Source: an uncultured Parabacteroides sp. (GTDB lineage Bacteria > Bacteroidota > Bacteroidia > Bacteroidales > Tannerellaceae). Taken from it: DNA of 64,000 nt. Numbering within the stretch: the first letter of the stretch is position 1; the number at the start of each line of letters is the position of its first letter. Below the pieces are notes generated by a model. The model saw only the letters and a list, made by a program, of their open reading frames with translations. It did not search any database and was not told the origin of the DNA. Below are positions 56,241 through 64,000 of this stretch, piece after piece. The position numbers and the translations under genes were made by a program. The stretch lies in NCBI GenBank assembly GCA_944325345.1, contig CALUZV010000011.1:24920-88919 (forward strand), given 5' to 3'.

Positions 56241-57035
56241 TCACTTGCTGGCCTTCAATCCACGCACAACCGATGCGCTGAAGCCGGCGATTTCCATTTC
56301 ATTCAGACCTTTGATGGTGATACCGCCAGGGGTTGTTACCTTGTCAATCTCGGTTTCCGGGTTTGAACCATTGGCAATGAGGAGGTCCACCGCACCCTTG
56401 ACGGTGTGGATGACTATCTCGCGGGCGACTTGGGGGTAGAAACCCATCTCGACACCTCCCTCCATAGCGGCACGAATATAGCGCATGGCGTAAGCTATAC
56501 CGCTGGAAGCAAGAGCCGTGGCCGCAGGCATGAGCTGCTCTTCAACAAGCATCGCATGACCCAACTCCTTGAAGATGGAGAGGATTGTTTCTTTTTGGTC
56601 TTGCGAGGCATTGTGGGAAGCCACGAATGTCATACTGCTCATAACGGCGATGGCCGTATTAGGCATGACGCGGAAGAGCGTGGGGTGGACTGTCTTGTAC
56701 TTACGCGGAATATACGAAAGTAGCTGCTCGAAGGTGATACCTGCGGCTATCGAAACGACTATCTGCCGGCTGAAGTCGAGCGCGGGGCAGATTTCACTCA
56801 GGGTTGGCTCCATCCTCCAAGGCTTTACGGCCAGGACGATGATGTCTGCCTCGCGGACAGCCGCTTGGTTGTCTTGCGTGGTGTTGATGTCGCTATTGAA
56901 GGCTTTAATCTTCTCAAGATTAGCTTCAAATATATCCGTGCAGGTGATGTCAGAGGCACTAAAGAAGGCGCCTTGAGCCAAACCACGGACGATGGAACTT
57001 CCGATATTACCGGTACCTATAACTGTAATCTTCAT
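56241..57035 (-). CDS. proC: Pyrroline-5-carboxylate reductase
   Basis: 'MKITVIGTGNIGSS' Rossmann motif; 264 aa. Confidence 0.9.
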   Translation of the reverse strand: MKITVIGTGNIGSSIVRGLAQGAFFSASDITCTDIFEANLEKIKAFNSDINTTQDNQAAVREADIIVLAVKPWRMEPTLSEICPALDFSRQIVVSIAAGITFEQLLSYIPRKYKTVHPTLFRVMPNTAIAVMSSMTFVASHNASQDQKETILSIFKELGHAMLVEEQLMPAATALASSGIAYAMRYIRAAMEGGVEMGFYPQVAREIVIHTVKGAVDLLIANGSNPETEIDKVTTPGGITIKGLNEMEIAGFSASVVRGLKASK

Positions 57036-57068
57036 GGTGATATTTTATATTACGTTATCAATAGGCCG

Positions 57069-57076
57069 CAAATGTA
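57069..57076 (-). promoter_or_regulatory. -7 box (TACATTTG)
   Basis: 34 nt upstream of the proC start. Confidence 0.4.
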
Positions 57077-57200
57077 GGCAAAAGGTTTGTATTTCCCTAA
57101 TACTATCCAATTTTTCATAAAATAAAAGGGCGCAAAGGAGGGACTTCCTATAATTTCGTTAATAAACAAGGCGAAGCCATCCTATGTCATGAGATATTCG

Positions 57201-57208
57201 TACTTTTG
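57201..57208 (+). promoter_or_regulatory. -7 box (TACTTTTG)
   Basis: 36 nt upstream of the 57244 start. Confidence 0.4.
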
Positions 57209-57243
57209 CTTTATTATTGTTAAACATCAAATATCATCATAAT

Positions 57244-58431
57244 ATGAAAAAGACTATTATCGCAGCTGTCTTGCTGCTGGCATGTGCTTTCCCTGAGGTG
57301 AAGGCACAGACGACCGAAGGTTATACCTTTACAACCGTCAAGGAGAATAAGATTACTTCCGTGAAGAATCAGAACCGGACAGGAACTTGCTGGTGCTTCT
57401 CGGGCTTGGGCTTTATTGAAGCAGAATTGCTTCGGATGGGCAAAGGCGAGTATGATTTGTCGGAGATGTTCATCGTGAGCAAGAATTACAAAGATAAGGC
57501 GGACAAGTACGTCCGGTTGCATGGTATCCTGAACTTCGCGCAAGGTGGGTCTTTCGACGATGTATTGTGTGCCATCCGCGATTATGGTGTTGTTCCCGAA
57601 TCGGAAATGACGGGCTTGCAGTACGGAGAAGATATGCACGTACACGGAGAGATGGAACAAGCTGCTGCAGGTTACCTGAAGGCTATCGTCGAGAATCCGA
57701 ACCGCAAACTCTCGACTGCATGGAAGAAAGGCTTTGATGGAATCATCGATGCTTATCTGGGTGAGGCACCTGAGAAGTTTACTTACAACGGAAAAGAATA
57801 TACGCCGAAGAGCTTCGCACAAGAATTAGGTATTGATGCGGACAATTATATCTCCCTGACGTCTTATACACACCATCCGTTCTATACGGCTTTCCCTATT
57901 GAGGTGCAGGACAATTGGAGATGGACAAACTCGTATAATCTGCCTATTGACGAATTGATGCAGGTCTTCGATAATGCTATTAATAATGGATATACGGTAG
58001 CTTGGGCTTCTGACGTAAGCGAGAAAGGATTTACCCGCAATGGCATCGCCGTCATGCCGGATATCGAATCTATGGAGCGTAGCGGTTCGGACCAAGACCA
58101 TTGGTTAGGTTTGAGCCAGGCAGAGAAGAATAAGGAAATCCAGAAGATGCTTGAAAGACCTTGCCAAGAGATTAACGTAACGCAGGAGATGCGCCAAGAG
58201 GCTTACGATAATTATGAAACGACGGACGACCATGGTATGCTCATCTACGGTATCGCCAAGGACCAGACCGGGAAAAAGTTCTATATGGTGAAGAACTCTT
58301 GGGGTACAGATAGCAAGTATAAAGGAACTTGGTATGCGTCGGAGACATTCGTTAAGTATAAGACCATGACTATCGTGGTAAACAAGAATGCCCTCCCGGC
58401 TGCTATCAAGACAAAACTGGGTATTAAATAA
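57244..58431 (+). CDS. Secreted C1-family cysteine peptidase (aminopeptidase C/bleomycin-hydrolase-like)
   Basis: 'QNRTGTCWCFS' contains the active-site Cys. Signal peptide MKKTIIAAVLLLACAF (ATG 57244). Confidence 0.8.
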   Translation: MKKTIIAAVLLLACAFPEVKAQTTEGYTFTTVKENKITSVKNQNRTGTCWCFSGLGFIEAELLRMGKGEYDLSEMFIVSKNYKDKADKYVRLHGILNFAQGGSFDDVLCAIRDYGVVPESEMTGLQYGEDMHVHGEMEQAAAGYLKAIVENPNRKLSTAWKKGFDGIIDAYLGEAPEKFTYNGKEYTPKSFAQELGIDADNYISLTSYTHHPFYTAFPIEVQDNWRWTNSYNLPIDELMQVFDNAINNGYTVAWASDVSEKGFTRNGIAVMPDIESMERSGSDQDHWLGLSQAEKNKEIQKMLERPCQEINVTQEMRQEAYDNYETTDDHGMLIYGIAKDQTGKKFYMVKNSWGTDSKYKGTWYASETFVKYKTMTIVVNKNALPAAIKTKLGIK

Positions 58432-58535
58432 CTATCCTCTTCTTCTATAATGTGTGCCGGTTTGCGTCATTCTTCATGGCGTAGGCTGGCACTTTTCCTA
58501 TCACCCTATCCATATAACCCCTAAAAAACACAAGG

Positions 58536-59855
58536 ATGAACTGGCAACAACTCCTATCAGACAAGCGCTTTGGCTTGGAAGAATATCATGGACACAAACA
58601 AGAGCGGACGGACTTCCAGCGCGACTATGACCGGCTTATCTTCTCTTCTCCCTTCCGCCGGATGCAGAACAAAACCCAAGTATTCCCTTTGCCCGGGAGT
58701 ATTTTCGTGCACAATAGATTGACGCATAGCTTGGAGGTCTCGTGTGTAGGCCGCTCTTTGGGGAATCATATCGCGAAGGAATTGAGTGTAAAGTATCCGG
58801 CGTTGGTTAGCAACCTGTCAGAGATTGGGGCTATCGTGTCTGCCGCTTGCTTGGCGCATGATATGGGGAACCCGCCCTTTGGCCATTCGGGAGAGCGTGC
58901 TATCTCTGCCTACTTCGCCGAGGGATATGGGAAGAAGTTGGAAGAAACTATCAGGGAAGAAGGCGGGAGATGGGAAGACTTTATTCATTTTGAAGGGAAT
59001 GCCAATGCCTTGCGCCTGTTGACTCACCAGTTCAATGGGCGGCGCAAAGGAGGTTTTGTCCTGACTTACTCTACCTTGGCTTCTATCATCAAATATCCCT
59101 ATTCCTCTCTCTATGCCGGAGAGAAAGGGAAGTTCGGCTTCTTTCAGAGCGAGGAAGAATCGTTCCTCCGCATAGCCGAAGAGTTGGGGATCGGGCATGA
59201 CCCTAAGGATGACAAGCGTTTCCTTCGCCATCCCTTGGTGTACTTGGTTGAAGCGGCTGATGATATATGTTACCAAATCATGGATATTGAGGATGCGCAT
59301 AAGCTCCATATATTAACGAAGGAAGAAACTATAGACCTCCTCCTCAGCTTCTTTGACGAGAAAAGACGGGAGCGTAGTTTATATGTGATGAAGATGGTGG
59401 ACGATACCAACGAGCAGATAGCCTACCTCCGCTCGTGCATCGTCGGCATTCTGGTGGATGAATGTAGCCGAGTCTTCCTTGAGAATGAGGCGGGAATACT
59501 CGATGGAACGTATCACGGGGCACTGATTGACCACATCAGCGATATTCCCCGATTGGCATATAAAGAGTGTACGAAAACCGCATGGAATAAGATATACAAA
59601 GCCAAAGAAGTATTGGATATTGAGCTTGCGGGCTATCATATCTTCAGCCATCTGATTGATAGCTTGGCCGAAGCCGTCATGCGCCCCGAGCACGCTTATA
59701 GCAAGCTCCTGCTCCAACGTATTCCCGAGCAGTACAACGTCAAAGCCCCGACCGTCTATGGAAAGATACAATGCGTGCTTGACTATATATCCGGGATGAC
59801 TGATGTCTATGCCTTGGATCTATACAGGAAGGTTACGGGTAATGCCTTATTCTAA
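58536..59855 (+). CDS. dgt: dGTP triphosphohydrolase-family HD-domain protein
   Basis: 'RLTHSLEV' and 'AHDMGNPPFGHSGE'; 439 aa. Confidence 0.88.
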   Translation: MNWQQLLSDKRFGLEEYHGHKQERTDFQRDYDRLIFSSPFRRMQNKTQVFPLPGSIFVHNRLTHSLEVSCVGRSLGNHIAKELSVKYPALVSNLSEIGAIVSAACLAHDMGNPPFGHSGERAISAYFAEGYGKKLEETIREEGGRWEDFIHFEGNANALRLLTHQFNGRRKGGFVLTYSTLASIIKYPYSSLYAGEKGKFGFFQSEEESFLRIAEELGIGHDPKDDKRFLRHPLVYLVEAADDICYQIMDIEDAHKLHILTKEETIDLLLSFFDEKRRERSLYVMKMVDDTNEQIAYLRSCIVGILVDECSRVFLENEAGILDGTYHGALIDHISDIPRLAYKECTKTAWNKIYKAKEVLDIELAGYHIFSHLIDSLAEAVMRPEHAYSKLLLQRIPEQYNVKAPTVYGKIQCVLDYISGMTDVYALDLYRKVTGNALF

Positions 59856-59860
59856 GATCG

Positions 59861-59957
59861 TCCCAGTACTTCCCGGGAAGTACTCCAATCCTTCCCCAGC
59901 AGTACTCCAGTACTCTCGGGGAAGTACTGCACTCCTCTCTGGGGAGGACTGGGCACA
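59861..59957. repeat. AGTACT-word repeat block including a perfect 20-bp palindrome
   Basis: AGTACTTCCCGGGAAGTACT lies at 59866-59885. AGTACT also occurs at 59902, 59910 and 59924. The outer arms GTCCCAGTACTTCC / GGAGGACTGGGCAC are partially complementary. Confidence 0.65.
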
Positions 59958-60009
59958 ACCTCTGGATTTAGATACGCGCTGACTCTGCGGCGTGTTGATA
60001 ATGATATTG

Positions 60010-60047
60010 AAAGAGGCACGGATGCTTATTCCCCGTGCCTCTTTTTT
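60010..60047. terminator. Terminator between convergent dgt and the efflux gene
   Basis: AAGAGGCACGG-loop-CCGTGCCTCTT followed by TTTT. Confidence 0.75.
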
Positions 60048-60050
60048 CGC

Positions 60051-63000
60051 TTATCGTATGATGCCCCCACCCAAGGAACGGTAGAGGTAAACATGGTTAA
60101 TGCACTTTGCCGTGTTCAGTTCTATGCGCTCCAACTCGCAGTCCAAGTACCGCTCGTCGGCAGAGAGCACCTCCAGATAGCCTACAAAGCTCAACTGGAA
60201 CAACTCCTTAGCGTTTTCGATAGAGCGGTGGTGAGTCTCACTCTCCTCTTCTTTCAATTCGCAACGGAGGGTCAGCTTCTCGTGGGCCGTAGCCAGATTG
60301 ACGACTTCCTCGTAGGCTTTCAGTGCCGCTTCATGGTATTGCAGGAGAGCTATCCGCTGGTTGCTCTTCGCTTCATTCCACAGAAGTTTCAACTCATGCT
60401 GGTTGAAGATTGGAGCGGATAAGCCTGCGGCCAAATTATACACCAAGGAGGCGGGAGCTGTAAACCAGTGGCTGAGGTCAAAGGCATTGAATCCTCCTCC
60501 TGCTCCAATGACCAGCGAGGGGAAGAACGCCTTGCGAGCCGCCTGCAAATCAGCTTTGGAGGCCAGCAACTCCCATTCTGCCGCCCGGATATCTGGCCGA
60601 TAGCGCAGGAGTTGAGCCGGGACACCTGTCTGCACGGGGAACTCCAATGTCCTCATCTCGTCGAAGGAAATCCGCTTGACCTCGAAGGGGAAACCTCCCA
60701 ATAACGTCGCCAAAGCCCGTTCCGTCTCGTCCGTCAGTTGTTCCGTTTCCAAGAGGAGGCCCTTGAGCCTAAGAAGGCGGGACTGGAATTGATCCACGGC
60801 GAGTTGCGTTACTTCTCCTTCCTGTTTTAGCTCGTAGGTCAAGCGATAGGAGAACTCCGTATTCTCTATCGCATCCCGCAGGATTTCTTGTTGCTTATCT
60901 AAGCCAATCAACTCGAAATAGCGAGAGGCGACTTCCGAGATAAGCAAGGTCCGGGCATATTGCGCAGCCTCGGCAGAGGCCATCCATCGTGCGGCGGCGG
61001 CCCGCTTCTTCTGACTCAGTTTGCCCCAAATGTCGGCTTCCCATTGGAACTGGACGCCGAAGTAGAGGTCTTTGTAGGGATCGGGGATATGTCTTTCCCT
61101 CTCCAAATCAGGCGTATTTGTTGTAGCATTACCCACACCATCCATGGTATATTCTCCGAAGCGTTGTATGCCTGCACTGAGACTTGCCGAGAGCTGGGGA
61201 AAGAGCGCCTGTTTCCGCTGCTTCATTTGGCTCTGAGCCAGATAAACCTGTTCCAAAGTCTGCTGGAAGCTATGGTTGTTTTGGAGCGCCGTATGGATGT
61301 AGCCCTGCAAGAGCGTATCAGGGAAAAAGTGTTCCCAAGAGAGGAGCGCGAGGGTAGTCGTGTCCGTCTCCGACTGATTCTCTATATACGTCTCTGGCAG
61401 TGTCATCTTCTCCTCCGATGTCAATTCCGGAGCCTTGCAACTCCAGAGGGAAACGCTTGCGAGGAGGAGGATGGCAGGAGCGGCTATCTGCGGAGCATTC
61501 ACCTTGACTTTCTTAGTCTTCAGCTTCGTCTCTAATGCCTCGAAGAGTATATAAAGCCCAGGAATCAAGAAGATTCCGACCATAGTCCCTAAGAACATGC
61601 CCCCGGCCGCAGCCGTACCGATGGAGCGATTACCCAGTGCCCCAGCCCCAGTTGCGAATACGAGGGGGATAAGTCCACAAATGAAGGCAAAGGAAGTCAT
61701 CAAGATAGGACGGAGTCGGCTAGTCGCGCCTTTGAGGGCGGCTTCCAGGATACCGGCTCCTTGTTGCCTGTATTGGTTGGCCATCTCGATAATCAGAATG
61801 GCATTCTTCCCCAACAAACCGATGAGCATCACCAATGCAACCTGCGCATAGATATTGTTCTCCAACCCGGCTATTTGCAGGAATAGATAGGAACCGAAGA
61901 CTCCCGCAGGCAAAGAGAGGATAACCGGGAATGGCAACAGAAGGCTTTCATATTGTGCAGCCAAGAGCAGGTAAACGAACAAGAGGCAGATAGCGAAGGT
62001 TGCTATCGTCTGTCCGCCAGATTCCTTCTCTTCCTTGGTTACACCCGACCATTCGGTATGATAGCCACGCGGCAAGACATCCTTGGCGATTTCTTCCACG
62101 GCGGCGATGGCTTCGCCCGAGCTGACACCTTCTGCGGCATCGCCCGTAATCAAGGCTGAGGTAAACATATTGTAGCGGGTAATCTGGCTCGGACCATAGA
62201 TACGTTCCATTGTCATGAAATTGGAATACGGTACCATGTTCCCTTCCTTGTTCTTGGCGAACAGGCTAAAGACATCGTCCGGGTCCATGCGGTATTCGGG
62301 CGAGGCTTGGAGCATCACTTTGTACATCTGTCCGAAGCGGATGAAGTTGGAGGAGTAGAAACTTCCGATATAGGACTGGAGGGTCTCCATGGACTCCTGG
62401 AGGTCCACACCTAATTTCGCGGCTTTCGCCAAATCTACCTTTAATAAATACATCGGGAAGTTCGGATTGAATCCCGAAGACACCCCTTCCAACCGTGGGT
62501 CTGCATTCAACCGTTCCACCAACTCGTTGGCTACTGTTGCCAAATCTTCGAATGAACCTGCTGTCCTATCCTGAAGGCGAAGCTCAAAACCGCTGGCATT
62601 ACCAAAACCAGGTACTGCGGGCGGCAAGAAAAACTGTATTTGCGCATCCTTAATATGGGCTGTGCGGTCGGCAAAGACGGTCATTAGTTCGTCCGCACTC
62701 TTGTCGCGGTCGCTCCAAGGTGTGAGGTTGATCATACCCATACCGAAACTTGCGCCTTCGGTCTCGGTCATCAAGCTGTAACCGGCCAGCGTCGAGATGC
62801 TTTCTACTTCCTCGAAAGGCAAAAGGGTTGCCTGGACACTGCTCAGTGCAGCCTCACTTCGTTCCAAGGTGGCACCCGGAGGTGTATCGACGTTCACATA
62901 AATCATACTCTGGTCCTCATTCGGGATAAAGCCGGTTGGCAGGATGCTGCTCATCCCCCAAGTGGCGAGGAAGAAGATGATAAGCGTAGCGTAGGTAAAG

Positions 63001-64000
63001 AACCGTCTGCCCAAGAAGCGTTGCAACCCGGAGGCATAGCCGGTCTCAAACTTCTGGTAATGTTTATTAAAGAGACGGAAGAAACGCCCCATCAGCCCGA
63101 CTTTCTTATGCAATTCTCCGGGCGGCTTCAGCATCATCGCACAAAGAGCGGGCGAAAGGGTGAGGGCATTGATACCGGAGATGAAAATTGCTGCCGCCAA
63201 GGTCAATGAGAACTGCCTGTAAAAGATACCGACCGTCCCTTCCATAAACCCTACCGGCAAGAACACGGCGGACATCACCAAGGTAATGGCGATAATCGCG
63301 CTCCCGATTTCCTTGATGGCGGCAACGGATGCCTCAAAGGGTTGGAGCCTCAACTGGTGCATCTTCACATGGACGGCCTCGACGACCACGATGGCATTAT
63401 CCACCACAATACCAATGGAAAGGACGAGGGCAAAGAGGGTCAGCATATTGATGGAGAAGCCCATCGCATCCATAAAGAAGAATGTCCCGATGAGCGAGAC
63501 GGGCACCGCTATGGCGGGTATCAACGTCGAACGGAAATCTTGCAAGAAGATATAGACTACGACGAATACCAAGAGAAAGGCTTCCAGCAGCGTCCGCAAC
63601 ACGGCTGAGATAGAGGCGTCGAGGAAGCGCGAGACGTCGTAGGAGATATTATAGTCCATGCCGGGCACGAAGCTGCTCTCCTTCACTTCTTCCATCTTCG
63701 CCTTGATGTTCTGGATGACTTCGCGGGCGTTCGAGCCCGGGCGCTGCTTGATCATGATGGAGGCGGAGGGGCGGCCGTCGGTCATGGAGATCATGTTATA
63801 GTCTTCGGAGTCGAATTCTATCTTCGCCACGTCTTTGAGGCGCAGGAGGGAGCCGTCGGACATGGCCTTGAGGACAATCTCGCCATATTCTTCAGGCGTA
63901 GAGAACTTTCCGGTGTATTGCAAAACATACTGGAGGTGTTGCGGGAGCTTGTCGGAACTGATGCCGGTCTTGCCCGGCGCCGCCTCGATGTTCTGGCTGC
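60051..64000 (-). CDS. RND (HAE1-type) efflux permease fused in frame to a NodT/TolC-family outer-membrane-factor lipoprotein; the 5' end runs off the window
   Basis: A single ORF with no stop. I checked that the frame stays open upstream of the track's TTG 'start' to position 64000 (...SQNIEAAPGKTGISSDKLPQHLQYVLQYTGKF). The RND part ends ...IPGLYILFEALETKLKTKK. An OMF-type signal/lipobox VNAPQIAAPAILLLASVSLWS-C follows (Cys codon 61439-61437), then about 460 aa of typical OMF sequence. Confidence 0.85.
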   Translation of the reverse strand, partial: SQNIEAAPGKTGISSDKLPQHLQYVLQYTGKFSTPEEYGEIVLKAMSDGSLLRLKDVAKIEFDSEDYNMISMTDGRPSASIMIKQRPGSNAREVIQNIKAKMEEVKESSFVPGMDYNISYDVSRFLDASISAVLRTLLEAFLLVFVVVYIFLQDFRSTLIPAIAVPVSLIGTFFFMDAMGFSINMLTLFALVLSIGIVVDNAIVVVEAVHVKMHQLRLQPFEASVAAIKEIGSAIIAITLVMSAVFLPVGFMEGTVGIFYRQFSLTLAAAIFISGINALTLSPALCAMMLKPPGELHKKVGLMGRFFRLFNKHYQKFETGYASGLQRFLGRRFFTYATLIIFFLATWGMSSILPTGFIPNEDQSMIYVNVDTPPGATLERSEAALSSVQATLLPFEEVESISTLAGYSLMTETEGASFGMGMINLTPWSDRDKSADELMTVFADRTAHIKDAQIQFFLPPAVPGFGNASGFELRLQDRTAGSFEDLATVANELVERLNADPRLEGVSSGFNPNFPMYLLKVDLAKAAKLGVDLQESMETLQSYIGSFYSSNFIRFGQMYKVMLQASPEYRMDPDDVFSLFAKNKEGNMVPYSNFMTMERIYGPSQITRYNMFTSALITGDAAEGVSSGEAIAAVEEIAKDVLPRGYHTEWSGVTKEEKESGGQTIATFAICLLFVYLLLAAQYESLLLPFPVILSLPAGVFGSYLFLQIAGLENNIYAQVALVMLIGLLGKNAILIIEMANQYRQQGAGILEAALKGATSRLRPILMTSFAFICGLIPLVFATGAGALGNRSIGTAAAGGMFLGTMVGIFLIPGLYILFEALETKLKTKKVKVNAPQIAAPAILLLASVSLWSCKAPELTSEEKMTLPETYIENQSETDTTTLALLSWEHFFPDTLLQGYIHTALQNNHSFQQTLEQVYLAQSQMKQRKQALFPQLSASLSAGIQRFGEYTMDGVGNATTNTPDLERERHIPDPYKDLYFGVQFQWEADIWGKLSQKKRAAAARWMASAEAAQYARTLLISEVASRYFELIGLDKQQEILRDAIENTEFSYRLTYELKQEGEVTQLAVDQFQSRLLRLKGLLLETEQLTDETERALATLLGGFPFEVKRISFDEMRTLEFPVQTGVPAQLLRYRPDIRAAEWELLASKADLQAARKAFFPSLVIGAGGGFNAFDLSHWFTAPASLVYNLAAGLSAPIFNQHELKLLWNEAKSNQRIALLQYHEAALKAYEEVVNLATAHEKLTLRCELKEEESETHHRSIENAKELFQLSFVGYLEVLSADERYLDCELERIELNTAKCINHVYLYRSLGGGIIR

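Overview
This 64-kb segment looks like Bacteroidales (Bacteroidota) chromosome with moderately high GC (judged by eye, not computed). The taxonomic call rests on a SusC/SusD-like pair, a fused LpxC-FabZ inside an lpxD-lpxC/fabZ-lpxA cluster, lipoprotein signal peptides ending in S-C, and many TAnnTTTG (-7 box) motifs just upstream of genes. About 50 protein genes are supported. Most are core functions: fba, L31, hpt, adk, obg, pgeF, zapA, rny, cdd, a phospho-sugar mutase, a purM-like gene, prfA, pyrF, murQ plus a GlcNAc-kinase-like ATPase, a pruA/PRODH/proC proline module, and dgt. Transporters include two MFS, an SLC13 with TrkA-C domains, two TonB-dependent receptors and an RND pump. There is also one tRNA-Thr(CGU), one HEPN/MNT toxin-antitoxin-like pair, a radical-SAM plus DUF4130-like 'DNA modification/repair' pair, and one truncated phosphodiesterase remnant. 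I saw no integrase, transposase, phage genes, CRISPR-cas or classical defence island. The most unusual content is non-coding. At least ten intergenic regions are filled with tandem, evenly phased hairpin/palindrome repeats with periods of about 21, 23, 41, 42 or 43 bp, and each locus has its own sequence. Two of these arrays share one 8-3-8 palindrome (CTGTCGTA-NNN-TACGACAG) on an exact 41-bp phase. Both begin 91-92 bp upstream of two paralogous uncharacterised proteins with acidic tails, 13.5 kb apart. This is my best candidate for an undescribed regulatory system. The second notable item is an RND inner-membrane pump fused in frame, with no stop codon, to a NodT/TolC-type outer-membrane-factor lipoprotein. 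An intact signal-peptide/lipobox sits at the junction.
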